The notes beneath the pieces were generated by a model that ran no database searches, had not been told where the DNA came from, and worked only from the letters and a program-made list of their open reading frames with translations. A stretch of DNA of 64,000 nt from a virus. Positions 45,535 through 54,995 of the stretch are shown in pieces; within the stretch, counting starts at the first letter, position 1; every line of letters begins with the position of its first letter. The stretch spans positions 17,548-81,547 of the IMG/VR virus record IMGVR_UViG_3300022602_001838. One strand, written 5' to 3'. The position numbers and the translations under genes are program-made.

Positions 45535-47803
45535 TTTCATCCACTTGAGGTTGATGGGTAGTAATCGTACTGAATTCAAACTTGTCATCGTTGAAATCAA
45601 TTTCGACTGTGTTGTTTGGAGCGATGCCTTCGAACAAGATTTTCTTGCTCAATGGAACTTTGATTAGTTCGTTGATCTTACGACCCAACGGACGAGCACC
45701 CATCTTGCTGTCATAACCAACTGTGGCCAGATGATCAACTGCTGCTTCGCTCAAACGAACTCTTATACCCTTTTCAGATAACAAGTCGTTGAGTTCGTTG
45801 ATAAACTTGGCAACGATTTTCTTGACACTGAATGTATCCAACTTGTTGAACTTGCAGATAGCATCAATACGATTGCGGAACTCTGGCTTAAAGTAGTCTT
45901 TGACTGCTTTGTCATCTTCGCCACTGCGCTCAAGATCACGACCAAAGCCGATTGCATTACGCTCATTAGCGGCAGCACCCAAGTTACTAGTCATAATAAT
46001 GATAGCATTACGAGCATCTGCTTTTTTACCACTGCTGCTTGTGACTGTACCTTCATCCATCAGACTCAGCAACACATTGCTAACGTCTGGGTGAGCTTTT
46101 TCGATCTCGTCAAACAAGATGATACTATTTGGATTCTTTTCCAAATCACTGATCAACAGGCCACCACCCAAGTTGCCGTCATCATAGCCAACATAGCCAG
46201 GGGGCGCACCAATCAGTTTGGCTGCTGTGTGTTTCTCTTGATATTCGCTCATATCATAGCGAACAAGTTTCATACCCAAGTTGTCAGCAAGCAATTTAGC
46301 CAGTTCTGTTTTACCAGTACCTGTTGGACCCAAGAACAAGAAACTTCCAATGGGCTTGTTCACAGATTTCAACCCAGCACGACTGACATAAATCTTTTCA
46401 AGCACATTCTCAACGACCTGATCTTGACCATAGAGCTTAGTGCGAATGTTTGATTCGAGGCTTTCTAGACTCTTGACTGCTTCGCTGCCAATCTGCTCTG
46501 CTGGAATCTTGACTGCTTTGGCAATAGCTTCAACGATGTTGCTTTTCTCACAGACTCGTTGACCTTGCACAGAGATTTTGAGTTTGGCACAGGCAGTGTC
46601 GATCAGGTCAATTGCCTTGTCTGGCAAACGTTTGTCTGACTGATAACGTACACTCAGATCCACTGCTGCATCAATGGCTTCGTCTTCAATCTGAACTTCG
46701 TGGAATTTTTCAAAGTGCTCACGCAGACCACGCAAGATTTCTTTTGACACTGTGGGAGTGGGCTCATCTACGCCCAAACGATAGAAACGGCGCATTAACG
46801 CACGATCTTTTTCAAAACTTTGGTTATATTCTTCCCACGTTGTACTTGCGATGACCTTGATAGTGCCCTTAGTCAATGCTGGCTTAATCATATTGGCAAA
46901 GTCAACTGAACTTTGTGCACCACTGCCAGCACCCTGCATTTGATGTGCTTCATCAATGAACAAGATACACTTGCCTTTTACAGTCAGTGCCTTGATAACA
47001 TCTTTGAACTTTTCTTCAAACTCACCACGATACTTCGAACCAGCCAACAATGAACCAATGTCCAAGTTGTAAACGTGATAGTCACGCAGATAATCTGGTA
47101 CGTTGAGTTGAACAATGTTCAAGGCTAAGCCTTCTGCAATAGCAGTTTTACCCACACCAGGATCGCCCACCATCAAGACATTTGACTTGTTGCGTTTGGC
47201 CAGAACGTGTGTGATTTCTTCAAGTTCGTATTCACGACCGATCACTGGATCAATCTTGCCTTCAAGTGCCAACGCATTCAAATCAGTACAATACTCATTT
47301 AGAATGTCTGTGGCCTTTTTGTCATTGGCTGTTTTACGACCAGTTTTTGCGTTGTAGAAGTGATTGTAGTATTCAATGAGTTCATCACGGTCTTCGATAC
47401 CATATTTCAACAAGAAGTAAGCAGCCTGACTGTTTGTTTCTTGACTGATACTGATGACCAAATCGATCACAGTCAGACTACGGCGAGACGAGAACAAGAC
47501 CTGTGTCAGCGCACGATTTAGCACACGCTCAACGCTGTGAGTTCTGCGCGGAGTTGTATTTTCTTCGCTGATTAAGAATGTTTGCTGGGCCAGATAAATT
47601 TCGACGTCCTGAGACATTCCCTGAATATCGACTCCATAGTTGTCCAGAAGTTTACCGAATGGTTCATAAGTGATGATACCATACAGAATGTGTTCCAGAG
47701 TTACATATTCGTGATTATAGTATTTGGCCTTTGCGGTGGCCGAATCGATGATTACTTCGATTTCGGGATTGGGTTGGATCATCTTATCGTTTTCCGTTGA
47801 CAT
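45512..47803 (-). CDS. clpA: ClpA ATP-binding subunit
   Basis: N-domain; GDPGVGKT; GPTGTGKT; RLPDKAIDL; IGF loop; no ClpB M-domain; TATAAATA upstream. Confidence 0.9.
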   Translation of the reverse strand: MSTENDKMIQPNPEIEVIIDSATAKAKYYNHEYVTLEHILYGIITYEPFGKLLDNYGVDIQGMSQDVEIYLAQQTFLISEENTTPRRTHSVERVLNRALTQVLFSSRRSLTVIDLVISISQETNSQAAYFLLKYGIEDRDELIEYYNHFYNAKTGRKTANDKKATDILNEYCTDLNALALEGKIDPVIGREYELEEITHVLAKRNKSNVLMVGDPGVGKTAIAEGLALNIVQLNVPDYLRDYHVYNLDIGSLLAGSKYRGEFEEKFKDVIKALTVKGKCILFIDEAHQMQGAGSGAQSSVDFANMIKPALTKGTIKVIASTTWEEYNQSFEKDRALMRRFYRLGVDEPTPTVSKEILRGLREHFEKFHEVQIEDEAIDAAVDLSVRYQSDKRLPDKAIDLIDTACAKLKISVQGQRVCEKSNIVEAIAKAVKIPAEQIGSEAVKSLESLESNIRTKLYGQDQVVENVLEKIYVSRAGLKSVNKPIGSFLFLGPTGTGKTELAKLLADNLGMKLVRYDMSEYQEKHTAAKLIGAPPGYVGYDDGNLGGGLLISDLEKNPNSIILFDEIEKAHPDVSNVLLSLMDEGTVTSSSGKKADARNAIIIMTSNLGAAANERNAIGFGRDLERSGEDDKAVKDYFKPEFRNRIDAICKFNKLDTFSVKKIVAKFINELNDLLSEKGIRVRLSEAAVDHLATVGYDSKMGARPLGRKINELIKVPLSKKILFEGIAPNNTVEIDFNDDKFEFSTITTHQPQVDENGFIVLG

Positions 47804-47819
47804 GGGTCCTCACAAATAT

Positions 47820-48668
47820 TTATAGAGTTGATTTGATTTTGTTTACCAGTTCCAGCTGCTCTTGTGAGAGATTTCTTGGAACAGTAACGTTGATTTTAAC
47901 AATTAAATTGCCTCTTGTCGAGCCGTGAAGTGCCCAAATACCCTGATTTTTCACTCTGAGCATTTGTCCGGGCTGTGTGCCTGGGGGAACTGTAATAATA
48001 AGTTTACTGCCCTCAAAATTGGTCACTTCAATATCTCCGCCAGTGATTGCTGTCAAACAGTCAATGTCGTGGAACGTGCCCACATCCTGCTCCATAACTT
48101 CAAAGTTTGGGTGTGGCTGCATAATAATCTGCACGTACAGATCACCACGAGTAAGAGTGTCAAAGAAGTTATCACCCAATCCTGGATACTTGATTTGGGT
48201 ACCCTGGACTGCGCCTCTGGGCACAGTGATTTCTACGTTCTCTCTGGTACCTTTTGTGGTCTGTATGCTGACTGTGACATTTTGGTCTTCCATAATACTG
48301 GCCAGTGTCACTGCTACTCTGACCTGTAAATCTTTGTTGCGTCTGGGTTGGTGTTGTCTGAATGGATTTTGCCCACCAAAGTTGAAACCAAAGTTGCGCA
48401 ACATTTCTTCCATATGCGGTGGCATACCATCGTGTATGTCGTGACCATTTACATTGAATCTGAATCCACCGGGATTGCGGCGTTCGTGGTCATACTGCTC
48501 ACGCTGTGCTGGATCACTCAGAACCCTGTAGGCACCTTCAATCTCTTGGAACTTGGCAGTGTCCCCGCCCTTGTCTGGATGATGCTGACTGGCTAACTTG
48601 CGATAAGCTCGTTTGATTTCTTCTGGTGTGGCATTCTCACCAACGCCCAGTGTATTATAGTGTGTCAT
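47820..48668 (-). CDS. dnaJ: class B J-domain protein (DnaJ/CbpA-like)
   Basis: HPD motif, G/F region, C-terminal domains, no Zn finger. Confidence 0.88.
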   Translation of the reverse strand: MTHYNTLGVGENATPEEIKRAYRKLASQHHPDKGGDTAKFQEIEGAYRVLSDPAQREQYDHERRNPGGFRFNVNGHDIHDGMPPHMEEMLRNFGFNFGGQNPFRQHQPRRNKDLQVRVAVTLASIMEDQNVTVSIQTTKGTRENVEITVPRGAVQGTQIKYPGLGDNFFDTLTRGDLYVQIIMQPHPNFEVMEQDVGTFHDIDCLTAITGGDIEVTNFEGSKLIITVPPGTQPGQMLRVKNQGIWALHGSTRGNLIVKINVTVPRNLSQEQLELVNKIKSTL

Positions 48669-48933
48669 CGCCTAGTATGTTCCACATATTCAATTTTTCT
48701 CTCAGTACATTGTTTTCTCGTACTACAAATCGTAGCTCGGATTGGGCATCTTTGTAGAGGTCTTCATAGTATTCAGCGTTCTCTTCGGCTTCGATTACTT
48801 GTTCGCGGAGCTCATCGCATTCTAAATTAAAGCCAGAGATTATGGCGTCGCATAGTCGCCGCACTATGGGGTCTGTACTGGTTAGGTCAAGATAGTGTAC
48901 AAGTTCTTGGTCAGTGAGATGGTCAGTTTGCAT
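48655..48933 (-). CDS. hypothetical coiled-coil protein
   Basis: 92 aa; leaderless sigma70 promoter upstream. Confidence 0.6.
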   Translation of the reverse strand: MQTDHLTDQELVHYLDLTSTDPIVRRLCDAIISGFNLECDELREQVIEAEENAEYYEDLYKDAQSELRFVVRENNVLREKLNMWNILGDDTL

Positions 48934-48939
48934 ACGCTG

Positions 48940-48979
48940 ATTGTAAAATAAAAAATATCGAATGTCAAGGCTATAAATA
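48940..48979. promoter_or_regulatory. divergent promoters: sigma70 on minus, T4-late-type on plus
   Basis: Minus TTGACA-17-TACAAT (48940-48968); plus TATAAATA (48972-48979). Confidence 0.7.
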
Positions 48980-48998
48980 TTTACATCTTCCCACGATT

Positions 48999-50354
48999 AT
49001 GCTTCCAGAATTAAATGGTCTGCCCTTGAATGTAGACCCAAATCAAACTGCCATTATTTTTAAAAACGAGTCAATGACATATGGTCAGCTTGACCAGTAT
49101 GTTCAGGGTATTGCCAATACCTTAGTCTATGATGGCTACACTGGCGGATACAAAATAGCCATCATAGCCAAAAATTCACTAAACTCGTTTGCACTGTATC
49201 TTGCTTGCAGACGCACCAACAATGTTGCAGTAATGATAAATTGGAAACTACCCAAAACAATGCAAGAGAAAATGTTATTGGACTGTGATGTATCCATAGT
49301 ATTCAGAGATGAGCACTTAGATGCCCTGATAGTCACAGACGGCGCACTAGAACACAAATGTGATGCCAATGCTGCTGCGCTGTTTTTGTTTACCAGTGGC
49401 AGTTCGGGAGACCCAAAGGCAGCAATCATTACAAATGGCAACAGACAAGCAACTGTAAAACGACTGCACAAACCTTCACAGCACAATATTAAAATTGTAC
49501 CGACTCCTCTCTATCACATCAACGCACTGAACATAGCCGAACACACGCTGTCTATAAATGGTACTATCATATTGGTCTCTGAATTTAATACCACTGAGTA
49601 TATAAATTTGTTAGTGCAGTACAAACTCACACAAATTGCTCTAGTACCCAGTATGATGGCTATGTTACTCAAAGACCCATCTATTACAGAACACGACTTT
49701 TCTTTTGTTCGTGGTATAATAATGGCAACAAGCCCAGTCAGCGAGAAACTATACCAAGAAGTCAAACGTGTATTTTATAAATCTGATATTAGCATAGGTT
49801 ACGGACTTACAGAATTTGGTCCAGTATTTGGTCCACCGCCCAAGGGTCTAGCACAGCCTGCAATGAGCTGTGGGTACCCACAGGCAGAGATAGAGTGCAA
49901 ATTAGTAGATGGAGTTTTGCATCTCAGAGGTGCAAGTATGAGTCAGGGCTATTATAATAGCAACAGTTCTCGTATTGTAGATGGATGGTTGAATACTGGC
50001 GATGTGTTCAGAGTTGACGAAAACGGATTCTATTTCTTTGTGGGCAGAGCCGACGATATGTATAAAGTGGGGGGTGAGCAAGTATACCCTACAGAAATAG
50101 AACAGGTGCTGGAGCGTGTTGAGGGTGTTGCAGAAGCCTGTGTGGTTATGCTAGAAGATGATGTAAAGGGCTATAAGCCATATGCATTCTGTACTGGTAC
50201 ATTTGAACAAGATGCTGTAAATGCTGAATTACTAAAACAGTTACCCAGATTTAAAATACCCAGAAAGATATGGAAGTTGCCAGAAATGCCCTTGATGGGC
50301 GTTGGCAAAGTGGATCGTAAATTATTAACAAACAAAGCAAGGGAAATGATATGA
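48999..50354 (+). CDS. acyl-CoA synthetase / AMP-binding enzyme
   Basis: FTSGSSGDPK, GYGLTE, NTGD, GRADD, GKVDR. Confidence 0.9.
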   Translation: MLPELNGLPLNVDPNQTAIIFKNESMTYGQLDQYVQGIANTLVYDGYTGGYKIAIIAKNSLNSFALYLACRRTNNVAVMINWKLPKTMQEKMLLDCDVSIVFRDEHLDALIVTDGALEHKCDANAAALFLFTSGSSGDPKAAIITNGNRQATVKRLHKPSQHNIKIVPTPLYHINALNIAEHTLSINGTIILVSEFNTTEYINLLVQYKLTQIALVPSMMAMLLKDPSITEHDFSFVRGIIMATSPVSEKLYQEVKRVFYKSDISIGYGLTEFGPVFGPPPKGLAQPAMSCGYPQAEIECKLVDGVLHLRGASMSQGYYNSNSSRIVDGWLNTGDVFRVDENGFYFFVGRADDMYKVGGEQVYPTEIEQVLERVEGVAEACVVMLEDDVKGYKPYAFCTGTFEQDAVNAELLKQLPRFKIPRKIWKLPEMPLMGVGKVDRKLLTNKAREMI

Positions 50355-51067
50355 ATAAACTAGCAGTTGTCACTGGTGGGTTTGGTGGAATAGGTTATGC
50401 AGTAGTTAAAGAACTAGATGCACTGGGCTATGGTATAGTCATACTGAGCAGAACCGCAGAATCAGAAGAAAATCAGGCAAAACTTGCAGCATTGACCACA
50501 GATCGAAAAATGGCAATAAACTGTGATGTAACTGTGGCAGAGCAAGTAGAGTCTGCGATCTTTACAGTAGTTAAAGATTATGGAAATATTGACATACTGG
50601 TAAATTGTGCGGGTTGGACACAGCCGGTTGTTCACACAAACTTAGATGACTTATCAGATATGTTATTTGACAAGATTGTGGTATCTAATCTACGCAGTGT
50701 GTTTACTGTTGTTAGGGCTGTGAATCCGTTTTTGAATAACGATTCAGTCATAGTCAACATTGGGTCTGCTTCTGCTGCTAGACGTGGTGGTAGTAGTCTA
50801 GCCTATACAGCCAGTAAAGCCGGAGTAGAAAGTTTGACCAGAAATCTCGCAGTAGCACTGGCACCCAAGACTCGTGTAGTCGTAGTGTCTCCTGGATTTG
50901 TAGACACTGGGTTCAACTCTAATGCCAACAAGTATCTTGCAATCTCATCGACTCCAATGGGCAGAGTTGCCACACCAGAAGATGTAGCAGACGCAGTGGT
51001 CTGCGCTATCAATAATAAATTTATGACTGGCAATATGATTGTGGTCGATGGTGGCAGAAGTATATGA
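50351..51067 (+). CDS. short-chain dehydrogenase/reductase
   Basis: TGGFGGIG, NCAG, YTASK, PG. Confidence 0.9.
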   Translation: MNKLAVVTGGFGGIGYAVVKELDALGYGIVILSRTAESEENQAKLAALTTDRKMAINCDVTVAEQVESAIFTVVKDYGNIDILVNCAGWTQPVVHTNLDDLSDMLFDKIVVSNLRSVFTVVRAVNPFLNNDSVIVNIGSASAARRGGSSLAYTASKAGVESLTRNLAVALAPKTRVVVVSPGFVDTGFNSNANKYLAISSTPMGRVATPEDVADAVVCAINNKFMTGNMIVVDGGRSI

Positions 51068-51924
51068 AAACTATTCTGACCTGTGCTGTGACTGGTGCTG
51101 GTACTACCATTGAGCAGACTCCTCATTTACCTGTAACCCCCGAGCAAATTGCCAACTCAGCTTTAGAGGCAGCTAGTGCTGGTGCTGCTGTAGTACACAT
51201 TCACGTTCGTAATCCTGAAACAGCCAAACCCAGTATGGATATAAATCTCTACAGAGAAGTTGTTGACAGAATCAAAGACAAGAACACTGATGTTCTTATA
51301 AATCTGACAACAGGACCCGGAGCAACTGGTCCGGCAACTGCTGTGTATGGCATTAAACATCCTGGATTTCAATTACCCAACAAACGTGTTGAACATATCA
51401 TTGAACTCAAGCCAGATATTTGCAGTCTTGATTTGAACACTATGAATAGAGGGCCGCAAAATATCACTGTGAACACAATCGAAAATGCCAGAATTATGGC
51501 TCGTGCAGTTCAGTCTGCGGGTGTTAAGCCCGAACTAGAAATCTTTGACAGCGGTGATTTAGAAATTGCCAAGATGTTGATAGCAGAGGGCACTATTCAA
51601 GGACAGTCAATGTGGCAAATCGCAACTGGTATCAAGTGGGGTTGGCCTGGCAATATATCTACACTAGAGTATGCTAAACAATTACTGCCCAGAGACGCTA
51701 CTTGGTATGCGTTTGGTATAGGTGCAATGCAGATGCCATTTGTTGCGCTGAGTACAATCAGTGGGGGACACGCCAGAGTCGGACTTGAAGACAATATCTA
51801 TCTGACTAAGGGTGAGTTGGCAAAAACAAACGCACAGCTTGTTGAAAAGGCTGTGCGTATTATACGAGATATGGGCAACGAGCCAGCAACACCTGCTGAG
51901 GCTCGTGCCATTCTTGCAATTTAA
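51064..51924 (+). CDS. beta-keto acid cleavage enzyme (BKACE/DUF849, Kce-like)
   Basis: TCAVTG, P.TPEQIA, HIHVR, PELEIFD, RVGLED, ATPAEAR. Confidence 0.9.
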   Translation: MKTILTCAVTGAGTTIEQTPHLPVTPEQIANSALEAASAGAAVVHIHVRNPETAKPSMDINLYREVVDRIKDKNTDVLINLTTGPGATGPATAVYGIKHPGFQLPNKRVEHIIELKPDICSLDLNTMNRGPQNITVNTIENARIMARAVQSAGVKPELEIFDSGDLEIAKMLIAEGTIQGQSMWQIATGIKWGWPGNISTLEYAKQLLPRDATWYAFGIGAMQMPFVALSTISGGHARVGLEDNIYLTKGELAKTNAQLVEKAVRIIRDMGNEPATPAEARAILAI

Positions 51925-52196
51925 ATCACACTACAAGTAGCAGCTTCTTGCATCATAACAGTGCTGTCGCTGCCGACTCTGATATCACCGTAGCCACTGA
52001 TAAGCACAGTAAAATCACCGTCAGTAAGTGGCAACACTTTCATAGTACCACTTTGATCTCCGCTGCCCAAATCGATGGGTTGTGCGATGTTTGGAATAGT
52101 GAGTTGTGTGTCACTGAATCCTGTAGAACTATATGTAATAGTAACTGGATTACCCAATGTCACTGATGTTTCACGTATGCTAATTTGTACTTCCAT
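51921..52196 (-). CDS. hypothetical beta-strand protein
   Basis: 91 aa; coupled to holin stop. Confidence 0.55.
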   Translation of the reverse strand: MEVQISIRETSVTLGNPVTITYSSTGFSDTQLTIPNIAQPIDLGSGDQSGTMKVLPLTDGDFTVLISGYGDIRVGSDSTVMMQEAATCSVI

Positions 52197-52949
52197 TTAA
52201 ACTCCTGCTGTTTTCTCTTTGGTTCTGCCGTATGCACTGACACCAAGAATCGCACCGAAGGCCAAGTGAATCAACCCACCGTTGCTTAATGTAAGACTTT
52301 GCCAAGCTACATAACCCATTTGTAGACCAAACATACGTTCAATCACTGGCAAGAACATTGACAATAGTGGGAACACACAGAAGTCCATAAAACAGATTAG
52401 CATATATAACCAACCCATTGCTGGACGCCAGTATCTGCTCATCCAATGTTCTGGCTCGCCACCTGCTTGTGCTGCCATGATGCTGCCAAATGCGTTTGCG
52501 GCTTCTGCGGTACTTTGCTGATTCTGCATACCGCCCATACCACTACTCATTCCTCCGCCGAAGCCCCCTGTGCTGCCACCGAAGCCACCGCCGCCTGACC
52601 CGAAGCCACCAGATGAGCCTCCAAATCCGCCGCTGCTAGACCCAAACGAACTCGCTCCAGTTGATGGTGTTGAACCAAAACCTGAGCTGGAGCTGCCGAA
52701 GCCTCCTGTTGCTGGCGCAGAGCCAAATGCTGAACTCCCGCCTGATGAGCCGAACCCTGTTGATGTTGAGGCACTTCCAAACCCTCCTGTAGTTGCTGTA
52801 CTAGCTGCTGGTGAACCAAATCCACTAGTTGAAGTTTGACCAGCTGGCAACGGAGCAGGGGCTGTGGTTGTCGCTGTTGTTGATTGATCATCTGGATCTA
52901 ATTTTGGCATTGCTTTTTCCTTTTTTGTTCTTGTTTTCTTAGTTGCCAT
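52197..52949 (-). CDS. holin (GTA 3TM-like) with long FG-repeat N-terminus
   Basis: WRPAMGWLY..TM..GAILGVSAYGRTKEK; about 12 FG motifs; in lysis cassette. Confidence 0.7.
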   Translation of the reverse strand: MATKKTRTKKEKAMPKLDPDDQSTTATTTAPAPLPAGQTSTSGFGSPAASTATTGGFGSASTSTGFGSSGGSSAFGSAPATGGFGSSSSGFGSTPSTGASSFGSSSGGFGGSSGGFGSGGGGFGGSTGGFGGGMSSGMGGMQNQQSTAEAANAFGSIMAAQAGGEPEHWMSRYWRPAMGWLYMLICFMDFCVFPLLSMFLPVIERMFGLQMGYVAWQSLTLSNGGLIHLAFGAILGVSAYGRTKEKTAGV

Positions 52950-53210
52950 TTAGACTGCTCCCGCTAGGGTAATCAGTCCATTGATAATTGTATTTAATCG
53001 TTCTTTGTTAGCAAGATGTTCTACGTTCTGTATCACAACAATTTGACGTTGCATATCTCGCATTGTCTCTGCTGCTTCGCTGACACTCATTTGACCTTGC
53101 TCTACTGCTGCTACAACTTGTAACAAGTACTGTGCTGCATTTGCAAAGTCCGCATTGTCGCCATTGGCCATTGCACCTAACTCTTGTTTGATTGCATTAA
53201 TATCGCTCAT
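52950..53210 (-). CDS. hypothetical helical protein in lysis cassette
   Basis: 86 aa; coupled to neighbours. Confidence 0.6.
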   Translation of the reverse strand: MSDINAIKQELGAMANGDNADFANAAQYLLQVVAAVEQGQMSVSEAAETMRDMQRQIVVIQNVEHLANKERLNTIINGLITLAGAV

Positions 53211-53608
53211 CGTGGTCTAGCTCCTATTGTTTTTTGTGCTATCTCTGCGCTACGTTCAATACCCTCAAACTTGAATTTACAAAATACTGCGCTGACTTTT
53301 GGGTTAGTGTCGTATTGTTTCTTTAGGCCCTGGGCCATTTCATTTATGTTCTTGGCAATAGCATAACCATCATCGTTGCGTGGAATATGCTGTGCATAGA
53401 ATTCAAATGCCTGTGTGTCTCTTACTATTACTGTGGCGTTGTTGGCACTACGTGCTGCATCATCGCACTGTGTCTTGTATTCGGCTGCTTGTACTCGTAT
53501 GTTGTTTATGTGGTCGTATTCATTTGGATCGTATTTGGTCATCAAGAACGCATCCACGACGCCACAGCCACTTAGTGCAAACACTGACAGTAATAGTAAT
53601 CGTTTCAT
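53207..53608 (-). CDS. lipoprotein
   Basis: MKRLLLLSVFALSG-C lipobox. Confidence 0.7.
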   Translation of the reverse strand: MKRLLLLSVFALSGCGVVDAFLMTKYDPNEYDHINNIRVQAAEYKTQCDDAARSANNATVIVRDTQAFEFYAQHIPRNDDGYAIAKNINEMAQGLKKQYDTNPKVSAVFCKFKFEGIERSAEIAQKTIGARPR

Positions 53609-53880
53609 TTTACACTCTCATAGATTTTCTTTTGTGTGTTGTACCACTCGATCCAGTTGTCTACTTTGAGTTTGCACTCTTTGTATTCCGAGTAATTGTC
53701 TGATACAACTGTGATAACATCACTTAACTTGGTAGTGCTTTCATCAACTGTTTTTAAATCAGGACAAGCTGCTTTGATTTCTTCTGGCACCGCTGGCCAT
53801 TGTTGATGCACACTAACTTGGCCAGTAGTTGCCAAGCAACCGCATAGTAATAGGGGAAGTAAGGCTGCTAGATATTTCAT
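53605..53880 (-). CDS. o-spanin (Rz1-like lipoprotein)
   Basis: LLCG-C lipobox; P..PEE....C...N...Y.EC. Confidence 0.7.
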   Translation of the reverse strand: MKYLAALLPLLLCGCLATTGQVSVHQQWPAVPEEIKAACPDLKTVDESTTKLSDVITVVSDNYSEYKECKLKVDNWIEWYNTQKKIYESVK

Positions 53881-54314
53881 CGAGTCGCCTCGTTTAAGTC
53901 TTTGATTGCTACAGGATCAACTCGACATTCAGCATCAATACGTGCTGCGTCACGTGCTATGTCGTGTTGCACTACTACTCGACGGTCGTGTATGACCTGC
54001 ACTTTTGTTTTGTAAACTACACGCTGTTGTTTAACTGCGTCTTTTGACTTTTGCTGTGCAAGTTCAATCTCTTGTTGTTTGAGTTTGATACGCTCTTGCC
54101 AGGCTGCTGTTACGCCAGCACCGCCAGCCATAAACGCACCACCTACTAATAGTATAAGTGATGCACCACGAACAAGAACTGCATAAGGTTTAATGGCACT
54201 AAATCGACCAGCAAGACCTGATATGACATAGAGTCCAAGTCCTGCTCCGGCAACAAAGGCCCATACATAAACTGGTATGCTTTGTATAAAGTTTTGGACT
54301 ATCCAGTCAATCAT
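53877..54314 (-). CDS. i-spanin (Rz-like)
   Basis: N-terminal TM helices, coiled coil, C-terminal Cys; between endolysin and o-spanin. Confidence 0.65.
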   Translation of the reverse strand: MIDWIVQNFIQSIPVYVWAFVAGAGLGLYVISGLAGRFSAIKPYAVLVRGASLILLVGGAFMAGGAGVTAAWQERIKLKQQEIELAQQKSKDAVKQQRVVYKTKVQVIHDRRVVVQHDIARDAARIDAECRVDPVAIKDLNEATR

Positions 54315-54938
54315 TTAGACTCCAAAGATTTGTAGTGCGTGTTGATAACGAGCTGTTCGGTCATCTATGCCCAATGTACCACCGTTGATAACTTTGGTAG
54401 CGTGTACAATGTCACCTGCGTCACTGATTGCGTTTAAGCCGTGATGCTCCCAGAAGAAGCAGGCTGACTCAATAGCACCATCAAATGTTTCGCAGTAGGC
54501 TACTACTTCGTCTAGGTCACGACCAATTTCTTTTGCAAATGCTTCATACAGCGCACGACCAGTCAATTGAATTAAGCCACGACCGTGAAACTTCCAACCG
54601 TCGCCACTATCTTCTGGGCCATTGCCCATACGATCACAATAAGCACGATTGGCAATTGCTTCTTGGTTGTGTGCGTACTGAGCAGCTACATCTGGCGGAA
54701 AGCGTTTGGGCCAAATCGCTGTTAGTGCGTGTGGTTGATAGTTTAAGTTTTCTTTTAGTGCCGTGAAGTTAGCACTTTCGTGACCACACTGTGCCATGAA
54801 CATAGCAACACGTTGTGGAGTTGTAATTTTGTATTTTGGTAGTTCGTCGCAGAGTGCGTTATACCAATCCTGGCTGTGAGGATTGCCCTGCAATAGTGAA
54901 TGTACGTGTTCTACTCTAAAGTCAAAATCGAATGCCAT
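54315..54938 (-). CDS. GH19 endolysin
   Basis: AQCGHES, ENLNY, GRGLIQLTG, INGG..G..DR. Confidence 0.88.
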   Translation of the reverse strand: MAFDFDFRVEHVHSLLQGNPHSQDWYNALCDELPKYKITTPQRVAMFMAQCGHESANFTALKENLNYQPHALTAIWPKRFPPDVAAQYAHNQEAIANRAYCDRMGNGPEDSGDGWKFHGRGLIQLTGRALYEAFAKEIGRDLDEVVAYCETFDGAIESACFFWEHHGLNAISDAGDIVHATKVINGGTLGIDDRTARYQHALQIFGV

Positions 54939-54947
54939 CTTATAAAT

Positions 54948-54978
54948 CTCCCTTGATAAAGTATTTAGCTATCAAGGG
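54948..54978 (-). promoter_or_regulatory. late promoter inside an SD-sequestering hairpin
   Basis: CCCUUGAUAG-CUAAAUACU-UUAUCAAGGG(AG). Confidence 0.75.
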
Positions 54979-54995
54979 GATTTTGGATGTTGCAG

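Noticed and set aside
52547-52891. Alternative-frame ORFs over the holin (Pro-rich plus-strand ORF, Gln-rich frame)
   Set aside because: Shadows of the low-complexity Gly/Ser codons; most other short antisense ORFs in the track were dismissed the same way
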